From Vicinamibacteria bacterium (GTDB lineage Bacteria > Acidobacteriota > Vicinamibacteria > Fen-336 > JAGNNV01): 64,000 nucleotides of DNA. The position numbers were made by a program, and so were the translations under genes. Below are positions 1 through 9,113 of this stretch, piece after piece. The notes under the pieces were generated by a model. That model did not search any database. It was given only the letters and a program-made list of their open reading frames with translations, and was not told where the DNA came from. Where the stretch lies: NCBI GenBank assembly GCA_031392925.1, contig JANMVV010000009.1, positions 7,979-71,978 of the forward strand. The letters are read 5' to 3'. The stretch's first letter is position 1, and every line of letters starts with the position of its first letter.

Positions 1-1
1 C

Positions 2-238
2 GGCACCTTCTTCGACGCGACCGAGCTCCCCGGACGTGCGATGTCCGAGATTCCGCACCCGTTCATCGCCGAATCGCTCGTCCGCTTCGCCGCCCTCCCC
101 GAAAAAGAGCGGCGAAAGATCGTCTTCGTCCACTTGAACCACACCAATCCCGCTACGACGCCGGGCTCGAAGGCCGAACAGGCGACCCTGAAGGCAGGAA
201 TGCGAGTGGCTCGCGAGGGGGAGCGTCTCGGTCTCTAG
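2..238 (+). CDS. MBL-fold metallo-hydrolase, C-terminal fragment (gene begins upstream of the window)
   Basis: Frame is open from the window edge. C-terminal VFVHLNHTNP motif is typical of PhnP/PqqB-like MBL hydrolases. Product assignment is tentative. Confidence 0.4.
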   Translation, partial: GTFFDATELPGRAMSEIPHPFIAESLVRFAALPEKERRKIVFVHLNHTNPATTPGSKAEQATLKAGMRVAREGERLGL

Positions 239-412
239 CCCCCTCGCATGATGCGCCAGGATCTCCCGCACCAGAATCAGGCCGCGGCCATCGGCCTGCG
301 AGCGCCCCGATGCGGTTCGAGAGACTACTGGCCTTTGTCTCGATGTGGTCGCCCATGTAACAGATCGTGCGGTCGACGATCGGATCCAGTCAGCACGCCC
401 GCCGCCTGAACG

Positions 413-2545
413 ATGACTATGATCCCTGCCATGCGCGCACTGACGGCGACGTTGACCTTCGGCCTGCTGGCGGGAACGCCGATCACCCTCACCGCTCAGA
501 CGGCCACGGAACCGCCGAACCTCGCGGCCGCGCTGGCCGAGGCGGCGGGTCGCCTGTCGCTCGTCTACGAAGGCCATCCCATCGTGGACGGCACAGTGAG
601 TGCGGACCCGGGGGTCTCCGCGGAGCGTCGCATGGTGACGAACGAATCGAACGGCGCGATCACCCAGGTCATCAAGTGGACCGCCCGTGGCCAGGGCCGC
701 CTCATCCTCGACCTGACCGTGCGCGGCAGCGCCGACGCCCTCGCGGTGGAAGCCGACCGCACGGACCGTACTCTCCCCGTCGTCCGCACGAGCATCGGCC
801 CAAGTCACAACCTGAGAAACCGCGCGGTCTACGACCGAACGCGCGACTGGACCGTCTCCATCGATGCCGGCCCCGCCCTCACCCTCACCCCCATGGCCGC
901 GACCGCAACGAGCACGACTTTCCACCTTGAGGCGTCGGGCCGGGAGATCGTACTGCGGTTCCGACCGCGCTTCTATCAGAAGCATCGGGGGCTCAAATAC
1001 TTTCAGCCGTGGACCTATCAACCGTGGAAACGCTCCGTGACGGGCTGGACTTCCTGGTACGCCTTCCGCGACAAGGTCACCCAGAAGGACATCACGGAGA
1101 CCGCGACGGTGATCGCCGAAACCCTCGCGCCCTTCGGGTACGAGTACGTTCAGATCGACGACGGTTTCCAGCGGGAACCGATTGGCGTTCCCGACCACTG
1201 GCTGCAGACGAACGAGAAGTTTCCCGGCGGACTCGACGGCTTGAAGGCCTCCATCACCAGCCGCGGTCTCAAGCCCGGCCTGTGGACGAACGTGTCATTC
1301 GCCGAAGGCAACTACGCCCTTGCTCATCCAGAGTACTTCGTCCCCGGACCCGACGGGAAGCCTGCGATCGGCAACTGGATCGGTTACGTGATGGATGGAT
1401 CGAACCCAAAAACTCTGGGCGACCTCGTGACACCGGTCTACCGCTCCCTCGTGGACTCGGGCTGGGAATACTTCAAGGTGGACGCGTTGCGGCATCTGAG
1501 GTACGAGGGCTACAACAGCTTCGCCGAACACTTCGCCCGCAAGCAGCTCGACCGTGAGGCGGTCTATCGCCAGTTCGCGTCCTCCATCACATCGAGCCTC
1601 GGCCCGAAGGTTTTCAAGTTGATGTGCTGGGGGGTGCGCCCCGAATTAATCGGCCTGTTCGATGGTTGTCGACTGGGCAACGACGGGTTCGGCTACGGCG
1701 GCTTCTCCGAGTACAACTCGTTCAACAACATCGTGTGGCGCAACGATCCGGATCACATCGAGCTGAGCCAGAAAGACGCGTTTCGCGCGACCACGATCAC
1801 GTCTCTCACCGGTTCGATCCTGATGCTCACCGACCCGCCGGCGATCTACCGAACCGATCGGGTGGAAGCGGCACGGCGGACCTCGCCGGTGCTCTTCACC
1901 CAGCCCGGGCAGATCTACGATGTGGAACCGTCAAGGTCGGATGTCGTGGGGCGCGCCGCAACCGAGGTGTCGGGCAGCGGTCCACGCACGTTCGACGCCA
2001 CCCAGGCGCTCTCCGTCCATTATCTGCACGCGATCGACGTGAGCCGTCCGTACGAGCAGTGGATGGTGCTCGCCCGGACCGGCGGCGAGAACGCACCAAT
2101 CCGCTTCGCCGACCTGGGCCTCGCCGCGGATCGCGACTACCTCGCCTTCGAGTTCTGGACCAAGTCCTTCCTCGGCTCGTTCGGGGACGCCTTCACTCCC
2201 GGCGAGGTCGACCCGCGGTTCGGAGTCCAGGTGTTCTGCCTGCGAGAGAGCGTCGGTCACCCGCAACTCGTGGCCACGAACCGCCATGTGTCGTGTGGCG
2301 CCATGGACGTCAGTATCGTGACCTGGTCCGGCGGCGCCCTCGAGGGCGTCAGTGACGTCGTGGCCAGCGATCTCTATGAGCTCTATCTCACCGAACCCGC
2401 GAGCCATGCATTCGTGGAGGCTCAGGTCGCAGGGGCGGAGATCCAGAGCAACGAGATGGTGGGGACGCTGCGCCGATTGCGATTGCTCTCGACTCGCGGC
2501 GGAACCGTGAAATGGCGTCTGGCCTACCGGGACAAGACGCGGTGA
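413..2545 (+). CDS. secreted glycoside hydrolase, clan GH-D alpha-galactosidase-like TIM barrel (GH27/GH36-type)
   Basis: 710-aa ORF with an N-terminal signal peptide. GWTSWYAF...YEYVQIDDGFQ...KPGLWTN...YFKVDALRHL resemble the GWNSW / DDGW / KxD motifs of GH27/GH36 enzymes. Family assignment is from memory of motifs only. Confidence 0.5.
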   Translation: MTMIPAMRALTATLTFGLLAGTPITLTAQTATEPPNLAAALAEAAGRLSLVYEGHPIVDGTVSADPGVSAERRMVTNESNGAITQVIKWTARGQGRLILDLTVRGSADALAVEADRTDRTLPVVRTSIGPSHNLRNRAVYDRTRDWTVSIDAGPALTLTPMAATATSTTFHLEASGREIVLRFRPRFYQKHRGLKYFQPWTYQPWKRSVTGWTSWYAFRDKVTQKDITETATVIAETLAPFGYEYVQIDDGFQREPIGVPDHWLQTNEKFPGGLDGLKASITSRGLKPGLWTNVSFAEGNYALAHPEYFVPGPDGKPAIGNWIGYVMDGSNPKTLGDLVTPVYRSLVDSGWEYFKVDALRHLRYEGYNSFAEHFARKQLDREAVYRQFASSITSSLGPKVFKLMCWGVRPELIGLFDGCRLGNDGFGYGGFSEYNSFNNIVWRNDPDHIELSQKDAFRATTITSLTGSILMLTDPPAIYRTDRVEAARRTSPVLFTQPGQIYDVEPSRSDVVGRAATEVSGSGPRTFDATQALSVHYLHAIDVSRPYEQWMVLARTGGENAPIRFADLGLAADRDYLAFEFWTKSFLGSFGDAFTPGEVDPRFGVQVFCLRESVGHPQLVATNRHVSCGAMDVSIVTWSGGALEGVSDVVASDLYELYLTEPASHAFVEAQVAGAEIQSNEMVGTLRRLRLLSTRGGTVKWRLAYRDKTR

Positions 2546-2622
2546 CCGCGCGGGGCGTCTGCTTCTTCCTCCCTACCCTAGCTAGGGGGACGGCTTGCCA
2601 TCAGAGGGCCCTCGGAGAGGGT

Positions 2623-4353
2623 CTACCGTTTAGCCGAGCAGCCCGGCATTCTGAACGCCCCGATGCGGGTTGAGTAGCTGGTGGCGTCCTTCCTGACGTA
2701 GTCCCCAACATACCAAATCGTGCAGTCGTCGATCGGATCGACCGCGGTCTGGGTGTAGTCCTGCCACCGCTGCGCGCGCGGCCGGCCCGGGCCGGGGCCG
2801 CCGTCAGCGGCCTCGCCTTCGACCAGCACGGTTTCCCGAAGCGTGAGCTGGCCGAGCGGATCCGTCGGCCGGCGGCCCGCGAACCTCTGGCCGGCGAAGT
2901 TCGGCGCGCCCCCGAACGAGTAGCCGATACCGATGTTGCCGCGCTTATCCATCGCCGGACTGGGCATCCACCGGTAAAGACCCTCCGGCGCGTGCGTGCC
3001 CTGCTGGTACACGGCAACACTTCGCTCCCGGTCCTGATTCAGGCGGAATTCGTACCAACGGACGCCGCCGCCTCCGGCCGCGGTGTCGATGGAGTGAGCC
3101 GCCACGATGCTTTCGTGTCCGGCCACTCTTCGATATACGAGACGCGCCATGAGCTTGTCGCCCTGTGCGTCGAGCCGGAGCTCGCTGCCGGGCTGAGACA
3201 CGCAGTAGGTGAGCTGGCCTCCGCACAGGTAGTGATACGGCGCGACTTTGATCACCTGAGGTCCTTTGACCGCCGTCTTCTTGGGGTCTTTCCAGTCGAC
3301 GTGGAATTGCCACACGTTGATGACGTCGTCCGCCCGGACGTCGTCGAGCTGTCGTCCGCCCGCGGCCATCATGATGTTTGGCGCGCCCGCGGGCGGAAGC
3401 TCCATGCCGTCGATGTCGGCGTTGTTGAGGAAGTTGACGTCATGAATGACGACGCACTGCTCGGTGGCGGGCATCCCCTTCAGCATCTTCGCGCGATCGA
3501 CGACGCACGCGTGCTTTTCGGTGGCGACCGTGGGCGAGATGCGATCATCGCTGGTGCTGGTCGGCACGTAGTAACCGTCGGTCCAGATCGCCGGCCTCGG
3601 ATAATCGGGAAACCGCGGACGCAGGAACTCATAGCGATAGTAGGCGCCGAGCGGATCGGGGGTGGCGCTGATCGCGTAGCACATCGAGTAGGGTCCTTGC
3701 GGCCCCGGGGTCGGCGAGGGACGCGGCCCCGGCGCCGGTGTGGGGGTGGGAGTGGCGAGCGGCGGCTGGTACAGCATGGCGGCCGGACCGGGCTGATTCG
3801 CGATGCCGGGCACGCTCAGTTGCGTCACCCCCGGCGGCGGTGGCGGGATCTGGTCAGGCCGCACCGAGCCCCGCGAGAACAAGGGCAGGACAATCAGCCA
3901 GCGACCCGCCAACTGGTCATAGCGCACGACCACGTCGCCGCTGCTTCGGGCTTCGCAGTTCCCTCCAAAGCCCTTGAAGACATTGTTCGCGCGGACCGGT
4001 CCATACAGGACCCTACCGGTCGTGTCGAATAATCTGCCCTTCCGGGTGAACACCGCCATGCCTGCGCCGTTCACGGTTTGCACGATGTGATTCGGCCCCA
4101 CGGCCAGACTGTTGTCGGATGGATTCCTCACCTGCGCCACGCCCTGGGGCCCGCTAAAGCCGAGACCGAGGCCATCGAAGCTCTCCACCAACTGGGGACC
4201 AGGCAAGGCGCCGTGAGTGGTCTGCTCGACCGCGGCTCCCGCGGGCGTCACCGAGGGTGCAATATAGGGAGTGGGCGCCGGGGGCGGCGGGGGTGCGCTC
4301 TGTTCCCACCCGGCCGGGGCGAGAAGGAGCAACACGGTGTACGGGGTCATAGG
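2623..4353 (-). CDS. hypothetical secreted protein, Pro-rich
   Basis: Long ORF with start trimmed to MTPYTVLLLLAPAG (signal-peptide-like), PPPPPAPTP and PTPTPAPGPRPSPTPGP tracts and coding-like residue diversity. No family recognised. Convergent with the glycoside hydrolase. Confidence 0.5.
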   Translation of the reverse strand, partial: PMTPYTVLLLLAPAGWEQSAPPPPPAPTPYIAPSVTPAGAAVEQTTHGALPGPQLVESFDGLGLGFSGPQGVAQVRNPSDNSLAVGPNHIVQTVNGAGMAVFTRKGRLFDTTGRVLYGPVRANNVFKGFGGNCEARSSGDVVVRYDQLAGRWLIVLPLFSRGSVRPDQIPPPPPGVTQLSVPGIANQPGPAAMLYQPPLATPTPTPAPGPRPSPTPGPQGPYSMCYAISATPDPLGAYYRYEFLRPRFPDYPRPAIWTDGYYVPTSTSDDRISPTVATEKHACVVDRAKMLKGMPATEQCVVIHDVNFLNNADIDGMELPPAGAPNIMMAAGGRQLDDVRADDVINVWQFHVDWKDPKKTAVKGPQVIKVAPYHYLCGGQLTYCVSQPGSELRLDAQGDKLMARLVYRRVAGHESIVAAHSIDTAAGGGGVRWYEFRLNQDRERSVAVYQQGTHAPEGLYRWMPSPAMDKRGNIGIGYSFGGAPNFAGQRFAGRRPTDPLGQLTLRETVLVEGEAADGGPGPGRPRAQRWQDYTQTAVDPIDDCTIWYVGDYVRKDATSYSTRIGAFRMPGCSAKR

Positions 4354-4381
4354 ATCGCTCCGATTGAGCTGCAAGGGTGGG

Positions 4382-4756
4382 TCAGGGCTTGTTCGTGCCC
4401 GCCCGGCCGTACCGGTCCTCGAGACGCACCACGTCATCCAGCTCCGGCGTCGACACCTCGACGATGTCGACATCGGTCACACCCGTCATGCGATGGACGG
4501 TGTGCGGGGTGATGTGGAAGAGGTCACCCGGCTTCATCTCCGTCTGCTTGAGTTTCGTCGGATCGTCCTTCGGGCCGGTCTCGAAGAGAAGAGTGCCCGC
4601 CTGGACCAGGATGGTCTCGTCCTTCACGTTGTGATACTGAAGGGAGAGGCTCTCGCCCGCATTGATGTGGAGGAGCTTCCCCACGTAGCGGTCGGTGCGG
4701 GCCCACCAGATTTCATAGCCCCAGGGTTTGTCGATTCGCTTAGCGCTCTCGTTCAT
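4382..4756 (-). CDS. cupin domain protein (small mannose-6-phosphate isomerase-like cupin)
   Basis: Start trimmed to MNESAKRIDKPWGYEIWW. The GYE..W...G..LSLQ.H......V..G motif is typical of cupin_2. Lies 53 nt downstream of ptsI on the same strand. Confidence 0.6.
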   Translation of the reverse strand: MNESAKRIDKPWGYEIWWARTDRYVGKLLHINAGESLSLQYHNVKDETILVQAGTLLFETGPKDDPTKLKQTEMKPGDLFHITPHTVHRMTGVTDVDIVEVSTPELDDVVRLEDRYGRAGTNKP

Positions 4757-4809
4757 GAGCCTTCTGCCTCCTTGGTTCCTTGGAACTCGTTCGGGTCGAT
4801 TCTGCCACC

Positions 4810-6513
4810 TCAAACCGGGGCGGCCGTCTCCCGGTGCGCAGCAAGGAGAGCGGCCGCGAAGGATTCGGCGGTGAGGGTATCCGACCTCAGGGCCAGGGCC
4901 ACCGCCTCCTCGACATCGGCGAGAGAGGACGAGGCGACCGCGTGACGGACCTGGCGTATCGAGGCGGGCGCCATCGACAGTTCCCGGTAACCGAGACCTA
5001 CGAGCAGGAGCGCGCCTTCTCGGCTCGCCGCCATCTCCCCGCACACCGAGAGGGGGACCGCCGCCTCCCTGGCCGCGGCCACGATGTCGCCCAGGAGGCG
5101 CACCACCGCCGGATGAAACGGGGCGTAGAGGTGGCCGACCCGCGGGTCCGCGCGGTCGACCGCGAGGGTGTATTGAATGAGATCGTTGGTGCCGACGCAC
5201 AGGTAGTCGAACTTCCGCCCGAGCGACCCCGCCACCAGCGCGGCGGAGGGAATCTCGATCATGGCGCCGAGCGGAGGCCTTCGAAAGGCGCGGCCCGCAG
5301 AGCGAAGCTCTCGCTCGACGTCTTCGACCAGGGCGAGGATCTCCTCGGCTTCCGGGACACCTCCCACGAAGGGGAACAGGATCCGGATCGCCACCTCGTC
5401 GGCGGCGCGCAACAGCGCCTTGATCTGCGGGCGGAAGTATTCGCCGCCTCTCGAGAGCAGACGAAAGGCACGAAGGCCGAGCGCCGGATTCGGGCTCGAG
5501 GGGCTCGCGGGAGACAGGTCCTCCGGCCCCAGGTCGAAAGTGCGCACGGTGAGCGGGTGCGGCGCCACCGCGAGAGCGAGGCGACGATACAGGTCAAGCT
5601 GCGCATCCTCGCTCGGCGCGCGTCCCTGCCGCGAAAGCAGGTACTCGGATCTGAAGAGCCCGACGCCCATGGCCCCCGACTCGCGGACCGTCTCGATGTC
5701 GGACGGGAACTCGATGTTGGCCCGCAGGAGGATTTCGACGCCATCCGTCGTTTGGACCGGGCCTTCGGGCGGCCCGACCCTCCGCTGCTCCGTGATCTTT
5801 TCGATCCGGGTCTCGGGCGGAGGGTTGGTATCGATGTAGCCGGCGGTTCCATCCACGAGGACCAGGGCCTCGCTCGGCACCTGCGCGGTTCCCGTGCGAA
5901 CTCCGAGGACGCAGGGAATGGCGCGGGACCGGGCCAGGATTGCCATGTGGTGCGTGGGCGAGCCGTGATCGGCGACGAGTGCTCCCACCAGGGACCAGTC
6001 GATCTCGGCCGCCTCGGAGGGCTTGAGGTCTTCGCAGACGAGGACGATCTTCTCGCCGCGCGGCAGAACCAGGTCTCCCTTGGTGCCGCCGAGCAGAGTG
6101 AGAACGCGATCGAGGACGTCGTCGAGGTCGTGGGAACGCTCCGCGATCACCGAGGATGCGCGCGCGAAGAGCCGGCGCAGCTCGTCGCAGACGATCGACA
6201 GGGCCCACTCGGCTCCGATGAGACGCTCGTCGATCAGGCTGAGACTTCGGCCCGCGAAGAGCGGATCCCGGAGCATGAGGACCTGCGCGTCGAACAGGTA
6301 CGCGTGCGCTTCACCGGCCTCCAGAGAGAGCCGGGCTCTCAGATCGGCGAGTTCGGCCTGCGCGGCCAAAAACGCGGCCTGCAGCCGTTCGCGCTCACCG
6401 GGCGCGTCGGCCTTCTCGATGTTCCGGAGAGGCACGCGACGCTCGGCCCGTCGGAACACGAACGCCTTCCCCAGCACCCGGCCGGGGGCGATGGCGAAGC
6501 CTGAAAGCCTCAA
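4810..6513 (-). CDS. ptsI: phosphoenolpyruvate-protein phosphotransferase (PTS enzyme I)
   Basis: 567 aa. N-terminus MRLSGFAIAPGRVLGKAFVF resembles EI. GSPTHHMAILARSRAIPCVLG matches the PEP-utilising mobile domain around the active His. FRSEYLL and CGEMAA motifs present. Start overlaps the ptsH stop by 4 nt. Confidence 0.9.
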   Translation of the reverse strand: MRLSGFAIAPGRVLGKAFVFRRAERRVPLRNIEKADAPGERERLQAAFLAAQAELADLRARLSLEAGEAHAYLFDAQVLMLRDPLFAGRSLSLIDERLIGAEWALSIVCDELRRLFARASSVIAERSHDLDDVLDRVLTLLGGTKGDLVLPRGEKIVLVCEDLKPSEAAEIDWSLVGALVADHGSPTHHMAILARSRAIPCVLGVRTGTAQVPSEALVLVDGTAGYIDTNPPPETRIEKITEQRRVGPPEGPVQTTDGVEILLRANIEFPSDIETVRESGAMGVGLFRSEYLLSRQGRAPSEDAQLDLYRRLALAVAPHPLTVRTFDLGPEDLSPASPSSPNPALGLRAFRLLSRGGEYFRPQIKALLRAADEVAIRILFPFVGGVPEAEEILALVEDVERELRSAGRAFRRPPLGAMIEIPSAALVAGSLGRKFDYLCVGTNDLIQYTLAVDRADPRVGHLYAPFHPAVVRLLGDIVAAAREAAVPLSVCGEMAASREGALLLVGLGYRELSMAPASIRQVRHAVASSSLADVEEAVALALRSDTLTAESFAAALLAAHRETAAPV

Positions 6514-6803
6514 GTCCTTGGCGCCTCTCCAAATCCCGCGGCCACGAGTGAAGCGAGTGCTTTGATCGCCTCCTTCTCGTCGCGACCATCCGCCCGGACC
6601 TGAATGCTGGCGCCGCAGGGTGCGGCGAGGAGGAGAAGACCGAGGATGGACTTACCGTCCATCTCCTTGTCCTTGAAGACCACGGTGACCTGGGCCTCGA
6701 ATCGCGAGGCCTCGGCCACGAACCTGGCCGCGGCCCGGGCATGGAACCCCAGCGGATTCACGACGCGAATGGTCTTACGTCGCAACGCCGAAATGGCTCG
6801 CAA
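6510..6803 (-). CDS. ptsH: phosphocarrier protein HPr
   Basis: 97 aa. GFHARAAARFV carries the His15 region and GKSILGLL the Ser46 region. Exact start is uncertain; an alternative start codon may be used. Confidence 0.85.
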   Translation of the reverse strand: MRAISALRRKTIRVVNPLGFHARAAARFVAEASRFEAQVTVVFKDKEMDGKSILGLLLLAAPCGASIQVRADGRDEKEAIKALASLVAAGFGEAPRT

Positions 6804-6853
6804 GCAGGGACGGAGCCGAATTCACTTCGGCGTAGTCCCGGGGGTTCGGGGGG

Positions 6854-7273
6854 CTAAGCAGGAGCGCGATCGACATTGCGGCCCCCCGGCTTAAGAAGGT
6901 CTCCCGCGACCTGGACGCTCTCGCGGCCCTGGGCGCAGACGATCCGGGCCACCTCGGAGAGAGGCTTGGTGCGGATCTGGCAGGCCTTGATCAGCATGGG
7001 AAGGTTCACGCCCGTGACCACCTCGACGCCGTCGCCCGCGAAGGGCAGGACGAGGTTCGTCGGGGTGCCGCCGAACATGTCGGTCAGCACCAGCACGTTC
7101 TTCTTCCCGCACTGGGCGAGGGCCTTGCCGATGTGACCCTTGGCCACGTCCACGTCGTCCTCCCAATCAATGGAAAGAGCGAGGATCCTTTCCTGATCGC
7201 CCACGATCATCTTGAGAGCGTTCACCAGCTCCTTGGCCACGTCACCGTGGGTCACGACGAGGATTCCGATCAT
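6854..7273 (-). CDS. PTS EIIA component, mannose/fructose family (EIIA-Man type)
   Basis: Start trimmed to MIGILVVTHGDVAKELV, with the conserved His in VTHG of PTS_EIIA_4. Stop/start overlaps of 4 nt with neighbours on both sides. Confidence 0.75.
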   Translation of the reverse strand: MIGILVVTHGDVAKELVNALKMIVGDQERILALSIDWEDDVDVAKGHIGKALAQCGKKNVLVLTDMFGGTPTNLVLPFAGDGVEVVTGVNLPMLIKACQIRTKPLSEVARIVCAQGRESVQVAGDLLKPGGRNVDRAPA

Positions 7274-8157
7274 TTCTGCTTGAGGTCGCGATGCCTGAGG
7301 CGAACGGTGACGCCCTCGATCCGGTCGAGGTCTGTCGCCAGTTCGCGGGCAATCATGACAGAGCGATGGCGCCCTCCGGTGCATCCGATGGCAACGGTGA
7401 GGTAGGCCTTGCCCTCCGCCACGTACTTCGGAATCACGAAGCCCAGGAAGTCTTTGAGCCGGGCCTGGAATTCGATGGTGGCCGGGGCGCGCTTCAGGTA
7501 GCGAACGATCCTCGGATCGAGGCCGGTGAGACGCCGGAGTCGCGGCTCGAAATGGGGATTCTTCAGGAAGCGCACGTCGAACACCAGGTCCGCCTCGGTG
7601 GGAAGGCCATGTTTAAAACCGAAGGAGAGGACGGTGAGCACGAGGCCGCCGCCCTCCGGCCGGGCGCCGAAATGCTCCTGGATATAGCCCTTGAGGTCGT
7701 GGACGCTCAGGGTCGACGTATCGAGGATGAGGTCGGCTAGGCGGCGGATAGAGGTGAGCGCCTGGCGTTCCTCGCGAATGCCGTCCCGTACCGGCTGATT
7801 GGTGGCGAGAGGATGCGCGCGCCGCGTCTCCGAGAAGCGCCGGATGAGAGCGGCGTCCGACGCTTCGAGAAAGATCAGGCTGACCTTCACCGGCTGGCGA
7901 TTCAGCTTCGCGAAAGCCCGGCCGAAGTGGGTCACGAAATTGGGCTCGCGCATGTCCACCACGAGGGCCGCCCGGGGAATGGCCGAAGCTTTCAGGAAGT
8001 CTACGAAACCGGGCAGCAGGGTGGTGGGCAGATTGTCCACGCAGAAGAAGCCCAGATCCTCGAGGGCGTTCGCGGCGTGGGACTTCCCCGAGCCCGAAAG
8101 GCCCGAGATGATGACGATCTCCGACTGCCTCTTGGAGGGAGAGCGTGCCGCCTTCAT
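7270..8157 (-). CDS. rapZ: RNase adapter protein RapZ (YhbJ/YvcJ family P-loop NTPase)
   Basis: 295 aa. Walker A GLSGSGKS near the N-terminus and a C-terminal GCTGGRHRSV motif characteristic of RapZ. Confidence 0.85.
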   Translation of the reverse strand: MKAARSPSKRQSEIVIISGLSGSGKSHAANALEDLGFFCVDNLPTTLLPGFVDFLKASAIPRAALVVDMREPNFVTHFGRAFAKLNRQPVKVSLIFLEASDAALIRRFSETRRAHPLATNQPVRDGIREERQALTSIRRLADLILDTSTLSVHDLKGYIQEHFGARPEGGGLVLTVLSFGFKHGLPTEADLVFDVRFLKNPHFEPRLRRLTGLDPRIVRYLKRAPATIEFQARLKDFLGFVIPKYVAEGKAYLTVAIGCTGGRHRSVMIARELATDLDRIEGVTVRLRHRDLKQK

Positions 8158-9113
8158 GCCCGGCTCTTCAGTTCCGGCGAGCGCAACGCTTCCACCCGGC
8201 TCAGCAGAGTGACGGTGGCGTCATGACCGCGCGCTCGAAGGAGGAGATTTTTGGCCGCCAGTTCAACGAGGAGGGCCACGTTGCGACCGGGGGCCACGGG
8301 AAGGCGGAGGAGAGGAAGGTCGATATCCAGGATGGTCTCGGTCTCGCGATGGAGGCCCAGCCGGTCGTAGGCCTTGCGTGGATTCCACTTCTCCAGTCGG
8401 ACCACGAGGTCGATGGTCTGCCCCGGGCTCACCGCGGATACGCCGTAAAGGTCCTGGATGTTGAGGATCCCGAGACCTCGAATCTCCATGTGGTCGCGGG
8501 TCGGCAGGGGGGAGGCGCCGAGCAGGCCCTGGCTCGTGGCTTTGAGGTCGACGGCATCATCGGAGACGAGGCGATGGCCGCGGTCCACGAGTTCGAGGCC
8601 GCACTCGGACTTTCCGATCCCGCTGTCGCCCCGGATGAAGACGCCCACCCCGAGCACGTCGATGAGCACGCCGTGCAGGCGCCCGGTCCGGGCCAGACTA
8701 TCCTCGAGGAACTCGGTCAGCCGCTTGATGAAGGGCGTCGAATCGAGGGCGGTGGCGAGCAGGGGAATGCCGCGCCGATCGGATTCGCGCTGCAGTTCCG
8801 GCGGCACTTCGAGTCCGCGGGTCACCACCACGCAACACAGTTCGCGGGCCATCAGGCGGCGCAGAACCGCGGCTCGCTGCCGCACCGAGAGCGTCTTCAA
8901 GTAGGACGATTCGCTGCCCCCGAGGATCTGCACCCGGCCCGGGCTCAGGTAGCGGGTGAACCCGGTGAGAGCAAGACCCGGCCTTTGCACGCGCGACCGA
9001 TCGATGAGGTTTTTGAGGCCCGCCTTTCCCCCAACCAGGCGAAGGCCCAGGGGCGCCGCGGCCTCGCTCAGCAGCGCTTCAACGGGAACGAGCGGTGGCG
9101 AGCCCTTCTTCAC
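8154..9113 (-). CDS. hprK: HPr kinase/phosphorylase
   Basis: 319 aa. GDSGIGKSE P-loop and overall HprK architecture. Starts 4 nt inside the rpoN end. Confidence 0.9.
   Translation of the reverse strand: MKKGSPPLVPVEALLSEAAAPLGLRLVGGKAGLKNLIDRSRVQRPGLALTGFTRYLSPGRVQILGGSESSYLKTLSVRQRAAVLRRLMARELCCVVVTRGLEVPPELQRESDRRGIPLLATALDSTPFIKRLTEFLEDSLARTGRLHGVLIDVLGVGVFIRGDSGIGKSECGLELVDRGHRLVSDDAVDLKATSQGLLGASPLPTRDHMEIRGLGILNIQDLYGVSAVSPGQTIDLVVRLEKWNPRKAYDRLGLHRETETILDIDLPLLRLPVAPGRNVALLVELAAKNLLLRARGHDATVTLLSRVEALRSPELKSRA

Noticed and set aside
2576-2587. Perfect 12-bp palindrome CCCTAGCTAGGG between convergent glycoside hydrolase and hypothetical genes
   Set aside because: Too short, with no U-tract, to call a terminator. 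It could equally be chance. Not reported as a feature.
4780-6504. 574-aa plus-strand ORF exactly antisense to ptsI
   Set aside because: Its composition is dominated by R/G/A/L/D/E/V, typical of antisense frames in high-GC DNA. The opposite strand encodes an unmistakable enzyme I.
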